NCBI GenBank assembly: GCA_024704765.1
Contig: JAKMXF010000166.1
Location: 124,001 to 188,000 of the forward strand
From: Oopsacas minuta
Taxonomy: Eukaryota > Animalia > Porifera
Direction: 5' to 3'
DNA length: 64,000 bases
Positions within the stretch are counted from its first letter, which is position 1, and the number at the start of each line of letters is the position of its first letter. Below the pieces are notes generated by a model that was not told the DNA's origin, did no database searches, and saw nothing but the letters and a program-made list of their open reading frames with translations. Of this stretch, positions 46,301 through 59,202 are shown piece by piece. A program made the position numbers and the translations under genes.

Positions 46301-49300
46301 TCATCTTTTTGCATTAATTCTAGTGAATCTATATTACCGGAGTGTAGATAACGGTTCAATAGGATAAGTAGCTTTTGGAAACCAGAAAGAGCACACTTGA
46401 GTTGTGTAATATCATCCATGGTTACTAATCGTTGTAGGATAGTACAAAACAACACCCTAGCAATGAGAAGGTATATTTCACTTGATTTAGCCTTCGTCAA
46501 TTCTTTGAGGAGAAAATAAGCTATATTGTTGATATCGAGTCGATCAAAAGGGGTTTCATTAGATATTTTCTCAATTGAAGATGCAAAGTAGTCTTTGAGC
46601 GTATCATGCAGAGTAGCAGAGAAAGAATTCAAAAGACCGGTAACCTTTTCAAAATTGTCAGGTATCAAAGAACTATTAAGTTGTACAATTCCACCATTAG
46701 TAGCAATAACTCCCGTGATTATATATTTATCCTTTACATCTGTGTTACTAATAGCTAATTCATGTACTCCTGGGAATATCATGTGTATGTGTTTACTCAG
46801 GACTTTCACATTAGTGTAATTCGAAATGAAAGCATGAATGTAATAGCTAGAAATAAAATAGAATCTAGGATACAGTGACTTGAAATTCTCATAGTATTTG
46901 TAAATAGCTACACGTGTCTGTCCTACAGTTCGATTGAGCTCCTGCAAAAATCTGAGTCTCCCTTCTTTACAGCATGTACGCATTACGTGAGGATCAGATT
47001 GAACTTCTTTCATTAGAATTCTCCATTGTTTATCAACTACAATAAATCCTATTGCTTCTTGAGTCAAATTCTGCCGTACATCACTCCAACTGAAAAACTT
47101 ATCCGCTTGCATCCAATTATCTTGTACTTCCACCAACAATTTCAAGACAGTTTTAATTCTTTGAAACTTATGTTGCCAGGGTTTCAGATCTTCTTGGAAT
47201 AGGATAGATTCCGTAGAATTCATTACAGTTTCTAACTCGTCGATATGAACATCAAGTGTCTTGAATATTTCAAGAACATTTGTGAGCTTCGGTATCGCCT
47301 CAGTGACTAGAGTATCAAGTCCATCAGTATTTATCCCACTCATCCTAGAAGATATGAAGCCCTTAGAATGACGTCTAATTATGCCCCCAGAGCTTTGGGC
47401 TAGGTTCTCATTACTGGAGTGAGATGAAGAGACTGAAGAAGCAAAGCCAGAAATTGGCTGAGGAATAGAACGTATATAATCTTCAAAAGTTAACAAGTAA
47501 CCATCCCAGACTGTTCTGAAAGTATTAATAATCGTTTCACTAGTTATTTCCGTTCTTGATTTCTCTACGATAGCTTCAATCTGTGGCAAACATAAATGCA
47601 GACCTAAATCAATCAACTTTCCAAACGAGAGTTTCGTCAGGATACTAGCGTCTGTGATTGTAGCAGAACCAACTCTAGGTTTGGGAGATAATTTGAGGAT
47701 AAGTTTCCAATGACTTTCTCGAATTGATGGACTTTGTATCAGTGTAAGGAGAGGAACGGTGCTTTTCAATTCGTCTAAATAATCCCTTATACTCAAGGTA
47801 ATATCCCACTGTGATCCTTCTTGAGGTATCTTGTCAACTTTATCTCGAAGTTCTTGTATTTTTTGTTGAATTTCTTCAGGGGCCTGTTTCTTCCACATAT
47901 CTCGCTTCATATGTTTAGTCGAATGGGTCACTTCTTCAACTAATAGCCATACTCTCCTGATTGTAATGAAAGTATCTAACAACTTTTGGAGAGATGAAAA
48001 ATTCACAAATTGTGTTTCTAGAAAACTTTGTAACTCACAAACGTCTTTTGATTTGTCTTTGAGGTCAGAAAATTTCTGAACATATTCATCAAGTAGTTCT
48101 CGTGCATCTTTCGTAGGACAATCAGAATTGAACAAATATGATCTATAAAACTGATTACTAATAGCAGTCAGTTCCTGTTGAAATGAGTGTAGTTTTTCAA
48201 TAATTTCTTTTTTGTGTGTAGCAATATAAGGTCTTATCCTTTGTTTAGCCATACCAAACACAGCATTCAGGTGATCTAGTTTTTGTGGAGTTGAAACGTA
48301 GAAATCATGAATATCCTGACGTAGAGTAAACTCAAATTTTTCTAAAATGCTGTTGGCACGCTGAAGGGTGCTAAATTTGTGCTCAATATCAGATTGTCTA
48401 TTCCTCATGGTATAGAATATTCTCATACTCTTCATTAGTTGAGGTAGATCAGCTGTTTCAATACCGATTTTAGACACTTCAGGCTCAATTTTCTCGAATA
48501 AAAAGTTCATATCTTCCAAAACCAGTATAACTTTATCTTGCAAGTAGTCACAAAATGTAAATAACCAATTAGCACATAGAGATAATAGAAAAGAGCGAAT
48601 ACCTCTAGCATCGATAACAATAAAACCGATATTCAAATACTGAGGTATTCTCAAAAGTTCTTGTTTCAGAGAATAGTACACACAAATTTCTCTCTCGAAA
48701 TCCTCAAATAATGGCAACGCACTTCTAGAAGATAAGCCTTGAGTGCGAGAATGTAGATTTGGGTATAAGAAGGCGAATTCATTGATACGAATAGTATTCA
48801 GAGATGATTCGTCAGAATGAGAAGTGTCAAGTATCGCAAATTCTTTTTCTTGGGTAATTGGAGAAGTATCTGTCCTAGGTGAAATAAAATTTCTGAAGTA
48901 AGAATTACAATCATTCATCCACAGGAAAGAAAATTGTGAGAATTTCTGTAGTACAGTATGGCAATTATTGAGATCATCTAATAGGATATAATCAAAATCT
49001 GTTATCAAATTCGAGAAAAACATTTCATTTTTTAGAGATTCAATAAATGCACCTTTTGGATGTGAGAAAGGATGTAAACTTGCATTTCGTGTATACACCC
49101 CCATAACCCATGATTTTAATTGTTCGACAAGAGAGGGTGCTTGCCCTTCTGGGTAAGGAGATGGATGAAAGGATAAATTATCACCTGCTACTCTGAAATT
49201 GATAGAAAATAGTCCGTGTATTGAGTGAGCGTTTTCAGGTCCACCACTCAGAGGAGCTAGATAATACTGTATTGCTGAATAAGATTTAGACGTTTGTGAC

Positions 49301-51944
49301 GTAATCCCACGATATAATAACTGGTCAATGTATTGCATGAATTGCTTCCATTGAGTGCAATGCATATTAATACTAAAGGAAGTTGAGATTCTATTCAAAA
49401 TCTGATGGATTTTGTCTCTAGAAGATACAATTATACGTTCGTAGTCATGGCTACCAGCTTTGATCCTCTGTGAAAGTTCTGTAAGAGGGCGTGCAGGAGG
49501 GTATGGAGTAGAACTGAAGAGGTTACTGGGCTGTATACACCATGAATGAATTACATTCTTAATCGAGGTAACACCGTGTTCAGTTTGATTGAGTGTAGGA
49601 TCAATACTCGTGAAAACATAAGTAACCATCTGCTGCAGAAAATCTTTCAATACAAAGCTATTCCAAGTTACTTCAGTTAACCCACGTTCTACGAGTTGCT
49701 TGCAATCATTAATACGCTCAGAGAATAGATGATGTACAGGAGAATTCCTATTGCTCCATATTTTGTTGAATCTGTGTACTGTGAAGAAAAGTTTTGGGAG
49801 CTGTGAGTATAGCTCAAGATTCGAGTATTGTTCTAGAAGTATTCGAAGTGAATGTGGAATCAAAGAGGGAGAGAATCCGAGTTTATTGATGTACTTAGCT
49901 ATGTAGATTAAGTGTACTACATCAGGTTGTAAGCTGGGAATAAGTGTATGAGATTTTCCTGAAGCTACTAACACTGGTTTATGAAGAAGAAGAGAGAAAT
50001 CATCTGATAATTCAGGGTCTATAAATGTAAAACTATTTAATAGCTGTTCCAACTTGTTACGTAAGATCAAATATTCATTTGAAACGTAACCAGAGGCGGA
50101 AAGGTCAAATAGAGTATGAGATATTTGTGTTACAAGTCTGTAAGGAGTATCTAGTCTCTCAACCAATGAACGTAAGTAGAGGTATTTTGAAATTTGAGCA
50201 GGGGCGAAGTGATGAAAACCAGGAAAAGTTTCGTAGTTTGAAACAAGTGAGTGAACTTGCTCAATGTGTTGGCCTAAACTATCGATTAGTTGTACTAAGA
50301 ATTCAATGAGGGATGTCCTGATCATAGGTCGATTTACAAATCTCCCAAATAATTGCATTCTTCTAAGATTTAGAGGATCGCAATTTGAAGTGAGGTATGG
50401 TTTGAGGATGTTAATAATTCTATATTCCAGTTTCTTTATTTCATTACGAAATGCGAAAAATATTCCCTCAAACTTGTCATTATCACCAACATCAAACAAA
50501 GAAGATTCTATCCTTAGTATAGGTTTTAAAATGGAGAGAAATTTTGATAGAATATCCTCTAAATGTTCATCAAAAGTTGCAGAAAAGTCGTTTCCGTTCT
50601 GAATAATCACTCTAATATCTTCAAAATCGTAAATAGTTTTAGCAATCTCAAGAAGATCTCTCAATCGATTGACGATTTTGGAAAATCTTTGGTATATTTG
50701 ATCCTTTCTATTAGGCCATACACAAGGCAGTGGTTTAGAAACTTTATCTAATTCATATTTAGTACGCAAAGCTTCTGGTAGAGCATTAAATTCCAACAGA
50801 TTATTATCCCGCAGTTTATCCAAGCAGTGATCAGCATCAGTCTTAGCATCTGTATAACTACCTTGGAATGTATAGCATAAGAGAAGTACAGATTCTATTT
50901 CTTCAATACTCTTAATCGGGTTAGAGAACAGATCTTCTGGAAGACGTTCTCTCACAATTTCAGTGATTACAATAATCACGCTAGATAAGAGATGAATGAA
51001 ATTAGATTGTATTTGGTAGAAAGAACATTGATCCCAGATTAGGTATAGTAGCTTACAGATCGGTTGGATGTATTCACGACGCGAATCAGGGAGTGCATCC
51101 AAACAGAGAATCATCCATTTCTCTAAGGGTAATAGATACACAAGCAAATCTTCTGATTCGAATAATACTTGTTCAATACTAATATATAGATCATCAATCT
51201 TCTTCACAATCCACGATTTAGATATTTTCAAACTATTATACACGTATAAAAAATTTTCAGATCTCAAAAGATTATAGATTGTCCTATACTTTTTCACCTT
51301 TTGCTTCAAGCTTCTGATCTCTCCTACTGATGTAATAGAATTATTAGTACACAGAATAACTCATTTTCTTGAGGCGAGACAATAGCTTTACTAATACGAG
51401 TCAGCCAACAAGAAGCTAGATCTTCAAACAGAGACGATAGATTAGAAGTATAAGCATGAAACTGTTTGGGTATTATAATATAGGGAAGAGAGAATTCTCC
51501 TGAACTCCTATGTCTGAAACTCCTAGAGATATCAAAAACAGTTTTTAGAGTAAGAACAAGTCTATGTTTATCAGAATCAAGTAGTTTGGATATGAACAGG
51601 TTTAGTATCAACCAATCTATATCTTGTATTGTTATAGGGAGAGTGACGTCAGCAGAAATAAGTGATTCTGATACCTGGTTACTCTGTACTGTATTTATAT
51701 GAGGGTATTTAATATAGTATTGGGATATTACCATATCTTTAGGAGCAGTGCTGAAGGATAAAAATATATCTCCATGGGAGGAAGAGGATATAGAAAGAGC
51801 ACGACGTGAACTACGTCTAAGGAAACCTGTGAGAATGATGCGGTTCTTTGGTAAAGATATTTGTGAGTTCAAATCAGAACTGAAGTGTTTGAGAGAGTAG
51901 GCTAGACGAGCTTCTATCCAATTTATACGTATGTCTGCTTCCAT
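37396..51944 (-). CDS. Highly divergent axonemal-type dynein heavy chain-like protein, about 4,827 aa, 2 exons
   Basis: Exon 1 51944-51392 (MEADIRINWIEARL...), 65-nt phase-1 intron (A|GTAAAG...TACTAAT...CAG), exon 2 51326-37396. Tail and linker motifs (LTEVTWNS, SIRESHW, WQHKF..VQDNW, YPRFYFIS), P-loops GRQGSGKM, GPSSSGKS and GDVGSGKS, stalk coiled coils, C-terminal domain. Confidence 0.88.
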
Positions 51945-52261
51945 CACACCAGTGATATAAGCTTTAAAGTATAAATAATACAACAACAACAACAGTGTAT
52001 AATATAATTATGGAATTTTCAAATTCAACTAGCAACTTGTATTGTCATAAAGAGTTTGACTAGCACTGTCCAGGATTGTTATCAACAACAATTTTGCTAA
52101 AAATTCATAAGTAGATTGTTAGTCAAACTCTATGTAGTAACCTAAGTAGATAAGTAGAAACTACGATAAAGGTAAATCAACTATATTCATAAACTCATAT
52201 ATTTATTTAGGGTCGAAGTTTACAAAATAGTTAATAGATAAGTGAAAGAGAAGATTAGAAA

Positions 52262-53720
52262 TTATAAGCATGTTAACAGAAATCTTAGTAAAAGAGAGTC
52301 ATCCTTACAATAACCAAAGCTATTAGAATCTTCACGAGATAAAATCTCTTGAAAACCAAGGTAGTTCGGTACTGATTCAGGTTTTTCAAAATTATCAGGA
52401 TCATCTTCAGATAATATTGAGCGGGTAATATCACCATGAGATACATTCAATTGATTCACAAGAGTAATAGTTACTCTACCTTTGAGAGGCCATTTCAGTT
52501 CATCATCGTACTCTCCCTTCAATAGACTAAAGTAGACTCCCAATTGATTTTCATCAAATTCGACACAAAATTTAATTTTATAGCCACAAGAATAAAATGG
52601 AGTGCTGTATACTTCTTTATTTTTATTCCACCGATTATTAACAAATAAAATCTTCCACTCAATGCCTCCAACTAATTTAATATCATTGAATCTGCTTTCC
52701 ACTAAGTTTAGATGTTTACCCATAAAATCCATCTTATGCTGCTGTAAGTATTGTCTAGCAATTTCAACATCACATCCATATTTTGAATAAGGACATAGAA
52801 CTTCTTGGAGAGGACAATCGAATTTAAGATGATACTCAATCAGTCTTCGACAAGTGGAAAAAGTCGCACCGTCTATAGTATTATTTTTACAATTGTTAAT
52901 ACATGTTACAGGATATTCATTACAAAAGGTTATATGAATGTTAACAGAAGAGGCTCGGATTCCTTTCAAGCAGTACTCACAAGGTATCAACCTCATGGGA
53001 CAAGTATTTGACAAATGATCAGGAAGTGATTTCCTAGGAATTCTCTTTATAATATGAGGATATAAGACCGATTCGAAACAGCCAAGAGGGCATGGAAGAG
53101 TAAAATACTGACAATCTTTGAGATGAGGTTGTATTTCAAGAGTAGGTCCAGTCCACTTGCAATCCTCATTCAAGAAAGGACAGTAAATCTACAATAGTAA
53201 ACATATAAATAAATATTAGATAATACTATACTTAATAAACATCAAAATAACCTATCAAACACATAGTTAGAGTATTCATAATTGTGCAGCGAACTGTAGA
53301 ATTAATCAACAGCTGATAAGCATTTTATGATATCAGTAGAAAACTATCATAACCCAAACACGAACGAAACAAACTCAATTAGTTGAACTATCCATATAAT
53401 ATTACCATTCTCTCATCAACAACTGATCTGATAAGATCTACAATATTCCGACCATAAATTCTGAAATTAGCTGGAAGGCACTTATCACAGCGAGCTTGTT
53501 TATTTTGATTCCTTTGAAAGCAACAAGCATTTCTTAACATGCCATCACATAGAGTGCATAGTAGTAATTTCTTCTCAGAAGCTGATACTATCTCTTCTAC
53601 TAACAGTTCTCTCTTCCAACCTCTATAACTAGTAACACCAGCATCTTCCATCTCAACAAACAAGAGATGTTCGAAATCTTTGAGAATATCAGAAGAATCG
53701 TCTGTGGCTCTAAAAGCCAT
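52262..53720 (-). CDS. TRAF-like protein A (degenerate RING, TRAF zinc fingers, MATH), 2 exons, 413 aa
   Basis: Exons 53720-53406 and 53188-52262, phase-0 intron (DERM|IYCPFLNEDCKW). CPMRLIPCEYC and CPLQEVLCPYSKYGC fingers; MATH FYSCGYK..LLKGEYDDELKWP. Confidence 0.9.
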
Positions 53721-54631
53721 AAAATACTAGTTTGTTTCAATAATAAGTTACTAGTAAGAGTGTGGATTTCTTGAGGAACTAAGCAACATACATTATAGCA
53801 TAAACTATCGAATTTGTATATTGAGAAGATAACATTATTAATCGTTTTGAAAGGAAGTTGAAAATTTCAAGAAACATCGCAGACAATGATACAATAAATG
53901 AAATTCAAATATAGCACAAAACACAGGGTAAATGAGTGAATTGTATTGTATTTCGTGAATTTCCTAATTATTTCAGTAAATTCGTGAATTCATTGGATGA
54001 TTTAGTAATTACATGAATTTCCTTAAACATTCAGAGATTTTGTGATATATTACTGATTTCACTATCTTACTGTAACATATACATACCTAAAGGCTATAAT
54101 GGTCTCTCATAGATAATATGTGTTTTCAATCCTCTCAAATCATTTCCTTCTCCATGAAAACAATTTGGTTAATACGAATACGAAATAAAGAGTACAAAAT
54201 TCCACGATTAGTGCAGTGTTTGTATTCTACTGCCACAGCCAGTAGTAAATAAAATCTTATATTTTATACATGGACTGTACTACTAGTTAAACCTGTTGCA
54301 ACCTAATCCAAAAAGCTGGTTAAAATCATATTTATATTCACAAATGATTCGTTGCTAGTGTAACACGAAATATTCGCCGATACATAGTAGTTACCCTGTT
54401 CTCTAATCCTCTAATCCATGAAAAATATTTGTGATATTTTGCCACCAAATATAGTATTTGTAATAATATGATGTGTTGCTCTGATTATTGGAGCGCTTCA
54501 TCATCAACAGATCTATTATATATAAGCGTATGTGCTTGCTAAGAAACAATAGAAAAGGGTTCATCAACAGTAAAACGAAATATACAAAGAAAATTTTTAG
54601 AAAACAGCATTAGTAGAGTCAAGACAAACAT

Positions 54632-56262
54632 CTAAAATGTCAAATTAAAATTGTTATGAGAAGATCTTAAAAAAATCTTAATTAGAATAAAGTCATCATT
54701 CAAATACACAGATTGGATATATTTTTCAGAGAACAAATCAGAGAAGCAAAAAGCTATTTCTTTTACTCCAGTAGGTTTATCAAAACTCCTTTCAAGAGGA
54801 TAATCTGTAGTTTCAATGTGTCTAGTATAATCAGGATGTGTATCGGTTTGGTTGACCAGAACAAAGGATATTTTAGCATGGAGAGGCCATTCTACTATAT
54901 GATCATATTTCCCCTTCAAGAGATAGAAGTAGATCACCATCATTTTAGCATCATTGATTTGGATATAAGAACCAAATTTATACCCACAAGAATAACATAA
55001 AGGACTGTAGAATTTCTTATTAGTAACAGCTTTATTCTTTGTATAAGGGAAATCCCAAATAAGTGGAGAACATTCTGATTTAATTAACTCTGACAATGTT
55101 ATGACTAGCTTCGCTTGCTTTTCTAATTCAACCTTTGTTTTTCTTAAATTAGCTGCTGTTTCTGTCAAATCATCTTCCACATAATTAAGATAATAATCAG
55201 GCTTTCCTTGTATTTGTATTTGTAAATCATTATAATTAGTCTCTACAATATTAAGATGATGCTCCATGAATTCCACCTTATGAACTATAATATCTTTTCT
55301 AATAAGTTTAACTTTACATCCATGTTTTGAATAAGGACACATTACCTGCTGAAGTGAACACTCAGACTCAAGATGTGTACGAATCATTTTTCTACTAGCA
55401 ACAAAAACTTCACCATCGACAATACATTTGTTCATACATTGAGTAGGATATTCTAGACAGATCGCAAAATGAGAGTTAATATTACAAGCTATAATTTCTG
55501 CCTCGCAATACTCACAAGGTATCAACCTCATTGGGCAAGATTGTCTCAAATGCTCTCCAACCAACCTCTTTTGAATTTTCTGTATTGTATTATTCAGATT
55601 TGGTTCGAAACAATTAAGAGGACACGGAACAGATACATATAGACATACTTTGAGATGTAGCCGTATTTCAACAGTAGATCCACTCCACTTGCAACCTTCA
55701 TTTAAGAAAGGACAGTGTACCTAACAAGTACAGTTAACTCAAAATTATATCTAAACTGAAGTGACCACTATATTTAATTTGATATTATCGGGCATTTCTT
55801 TTTATCTGAGTTCATGAAAACAAGAGTCGACTGTATGTCCATTGTGCTTTCTTGATATCTCCTTGGGAGATATCAAGAAAACACAATGAACACAAGTTCC
55901 AGGACCCCAGCTGGCAACCCACAGTCCTCTATTATGGTAGTCTATGACCTACATATACTTACCATTCTATCATCAACAACAATTCTGATAAGATCTGCTA
56001 TATTTCGATCATGAATTCTGAAATTGGCTGGAAGGCAAGCATCACAACGAGCTTGTTTTTTATCATTCAAGTGAAAGCAACAAGCATTTCTTAACATTCC
56101 ATCACATAGAGTACACAGTAGTAATTTCTTCTCAGAAGCTGATGCTATCTCTTCTACTAACAGTTCTCTTCTCCAACCTCTATAACTGATAACACCAGCA
56201 TCTTCCATCTCAACAAACAAGAGATTTTCTGAGTATCCGATACAATAATTTTTAGATGCCAT
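54632..56262 (-). CDS. TRAF-like protein B, tandem paralog, 2 exons, 462 aa
   Basis: Exons 56262-55963 and 55720-54632, same intron position (DDRM|VHCPFLNEGCKW). Zinc fingers, coiled coil, MATH CYSCGYK..LLKGKYDHIVEWP. Confidence 0.9.
55840..55888. repeat. Near-perfect 23-bp hairpin in the TRAF-B intron
   Basis: CATTGTGCTTTCTTGATATCTCC-ttg-GGAGATATCAAGAAAACACAATG, one mismatch. Confidence 0.9.
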
Positions 56263-56583
56263 TAAAATTAATAAACATTTACTTTCGCTTCAGATCTAAT
56301 ATGTAATATGCCAATACTTTAAATACAAAATTGACTCGAAGATTAAATGTACGCCTGAGGATATCGATTCAGGTTTGCCTAACATGAAGTCTCTCTATGA
56401 TAAACAAGATTTGGTAGTGGTTCACTATTTACAATCCAAATTTTAATTAAACAGTAATCAATAGGAACCAAGTATGTGTTTTGTATAGAATATATAATTC
56501 CCTAATTACGTAGTATATCCCATAGAAAAATCCAATTCAATAATCTAGTAATTACAACAATTTTCCTAAAATCCCTCAACCAG

Positions 56584-58770
56584 CTAAGCAACATCTTCTC
56601 CTAGAGATTTCAATATCTCCTGTCTATAATCATCAAACACTCCATCTATCTGATTGATGGTCTGCTCCTCTACAACCCACAGAACACAATCTGTCTCCTC
56701 TATCAGTCTAGCATCATGACTAACCATTATTACCCCTCCTGTATATTTATTCAATGCATCAGCTAGAGCATCAATACTCTCTATATCAAGGTTATTAGTA
56801 GGTTCATCTAGAATTAATACATCAGGTTGCATTAGAGCTAATTCTGCAAAGACTACTCTAGCTTTTTGCCCACCAGATAGATCCTTAATCTTAATCAAAT
56901 GAGCATGACCAGGTAATCCATATCTACCCAATGTAGCTCTAGCAAACTGTATATCTGCATTAAATTTATGTTGTAAATACTCAACAGATGATTTGTGTAA
57001 GTCAAGTTGGTCAGAAGCATGCTGGTTATACAATCCTATCCTAACTCTATGATTAATTACACGCTCTCCAACGGTTGGCGTTAAGCTAGCGGTTAGGAGG
57101 TTAAGGAATGTACTCTTACCTACACCATTAGGTCCTACAACAGCTATACGGGACTGCATATCAATTCCAAAGTCTAGATTCTTAAAGAGTATAGGATGAC
57201 CCTCGTAACGGAACGTGACGTCATGTAGTCCAAGGATAGGTGGAGTTATAACGGGAGGATTTGGAAATGAGAATTTAACTTTGTACTCTCTTGGTTTCTC
57301 AACCAATTCATTCGTAGCCATTTCTTCATCAGAATCGATTATCTTCTTCTTAGCATCTCTCTTCTTCTTCCCGGATTGTATCTCTTTAGCTTCTGCTTTC
57401 GCTTTGGATTGACCTTTAGACTTTTCGCGTTTAATTCTTTTCTGCTGTTCAGTGTACTCTTTATCTTGTTGTTTGAATCTTTGTATATACATTTTCTTGA
57501 ATTTGTTATAGTTACCTTGATAATAGAATAGTTTTTGTTGATCTAAGTGTATTATATCAGAGCATACATTATTCAAGAAATCCTGGTCATGTGACACAAT
57601 TAAAAGTGTTTTCTTCCATTTCTGCAGATAACTGTCTAGCCAAATAACAGCATTAAGATCCAGATGATTTGTTGGTTCGTCCAGTAGAAGCAATGTAGGT
57701 TCCATGAAGAGAGCTCGTGCTAGAGATACACGCATACGCCAGCCTCCGGAGAATTTAAGTGTAGCTCTGTTCTGCATTTCAGCGTTGAAACCAAGTCCGT
57801 TAAGAATACGTCTAGCTTTTGCTTCAGCAGCATCAGCACCTATTGCTACGAGTTCATCTGAGACGATTCGTAGCCTAGCGATCACTTCTTCACTTCCATC
57901 TGTCTCAAGTTTGTCTTTCAATTCAGATTCTTCTCGTAACAAATCGCTTCTTTTCACGTCAGATGCCAGCACTGTGTTAACAGCTGACATTTCACTTGAC
58001 TGTACTTCCTGTTCGCAGTATAATATATCAATATTAGCAGGTATACCAGCTAGTTTACGATGAGCTAAATGTATGAGTAGTGTAGTCTTTCCGTGTCCAT
58101 TAGGTCCCACTAGTCCATACTTACGGCCAGCTGTAATCTTAAGTGAAGCGTTTATGAACAGATCTTTTCCTCTAGCAGATAAACTAAATTTCTCAATACT
58201 GATATCAGATGCTGTTTCTAACAGTGCATTCTTCACTAGTTGCTGACTTACATTATACTGATGTAATATTTCTCCGTCTAATTTAGCTTGCATTTCTTCT
58301 CTCTCTATCATTTCACGTTCTCTCTCCAACTCTTTCCTTTCTCTCCGTGTCAATTCAACTGGTACCTTACTCTTGACTACAATTCCGTCACTTGGAATGT
58401 CACTATCTGCTTGCGTGGAATCTATTTCTTCTGTTGGTTGGGTTTCAGTAGAAATTGGATTATTATCAGGTTCTATGATTTCGTCAGTTGTTACTTTTTC
58501 AACAGAGTCATCACCGCTATTGTCTGAATCTGATAAGTCTAGCATAGCGAATTTGTTCGCTTTTTCATTTCCTGTTATTGTTTTCCCTCCTTTCTTATTT
58601 TCAAATTTAAACACATACTCCTCAGCACTGTCACTGTCATTAATTTCATCATGTTCGGGCGATGGGGCTTTTGGAGGTTTGGTGGTTTTAGCAGATTTAG
58701 GTTGAGATCCTCTCTTTCCCTGAGCTCCACCACCTCCACCTCGTTTATTCTTTCCTCTACCACTAGGCAT
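56584..58770 (-). CDS. ABCF1: ABC-F family ATPase (ABC50)
   Basis: Lys/Glu-rich N-terminus; two NBDs ([29 protein letters not shown]; [24 protein letters not shown]); [12 protein letters not shown] linker; no TM domains. Confidence 0.95.
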   Translation of the reverse strand: MPSGRGKNKRGGGGGAQGKRGSQPKSAKTTKPPKAPSPEHDEINDSDSAEEYVFKFENKKGGKTITGNEKANKFAMLDLSDSDNSGDDSVEKVTTDEIIEPDNNPISTETQPTEEIDSTQADSDIPSDGIVVKSKVPVELTRRERKELEREREMIEREEMQAKLDGEILHQYNVSQQLVKNALLETASDISIEKFSLSARGKDLFINASLKITAGRKYGLVGPNGHGKTTLLIHLAHRKLAGIPANIDILYCEQEVQSSEMSAVNTVLASDVKRSDLLREESELKDKLETDGSEEVIARLRIVSDELVAIGADAAEAKARRILNGLGFNAEMQNRATLKFSGGWRMRVSLARALFMEPTLLLLDEPTNHLDLNAVIWLDSYLQKWKKTLLIVSHDQDFLNNVCSDIIHLDQQKLFYYQGNYNKFKKMYIQRFKQQDKEYTEQQKRIKREKSKGQSKAKAEAKEIQSGKKKRDAKKKIIDSDEEMATNELVEKPREYKVKFSFPNPPVITPPILGLHDVTFRYEGHPILFKNLDFGIDMQSRIAVVGPNGVGKSTFLNLLTASLTPTVGERVINHRVRIGLYNQHASDQLDLHKSSVEYLQHKFNADIQFARATLGRYGLPGHAHLIKIKDLSGGQKARVVFAELALMQPDVLILDEPTNNLDIESIDALADALNKYTGGVIMVSHDARLIEETDCVLWVVEEQTINQIDGVFDDYRQEILKSLGEDVA

Positions 58771-58846
58771 TGTATTTCTTTAAATATTCGCTGTTAGTCT
58801 TAAATGAACTGTTAATTATTTATTTTGGCGAACAAATCCTGTGAAC

Positions 58847-59013
58847 TATAGGCGACTCCAGTTTTATCGAACACGGATATATTGAAATACTACCCGCTTA
58901 TATCGAATCAGAAATTGTACAAATATGGTCCCAAACTGTCAAAGTTACATATATATCATCGGTTATATCGAAGGAATTATCACGTTCCCCTGATATAACA
59001 GTAGTTGACTTTA
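58847..59013. mobile_element. MITE family A copy
   Basis: Left TATAGGCGACTCCAGTTTTATC vs reverse complement of right TAAAGTCAACTACTGTTATATC; repeated TTATATCGAA; homologous to 955-1010 and 1390-1424. Confidence 0.65.
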
Positions 59014-59202
59014 TTAAGAATTGGGCCAAATATTTGTGTCAGAAAAATACACAAGTCGATTACGTCATAACTTGATTATTAATTAATTAATTAATTAATA
59101 ATTACGAAAAATGTTAGTGTATAAGTATATACAGAGAAATAGGATAAGTGAACGGGTAACACTACGTATCTACTGAAGTGAATTGTTGAGAAGTACAAGT
59201 TA

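Noticed and set aside
51324-51992. Separate 222-aa gene, or a frameshifted dynein pseudogene
   Set aside because: A 65-nt GT-AG intron with a branch-like motif joins it in frame to the main dynein ORF.
53950-54050. Degenerate ~30-bp repeat (TTCGTGAATTT...) between the TRAF genes
   Set aside because: Only about three poorly matching units in AT-rich DNA; not distinguishable from low-complexity noise.
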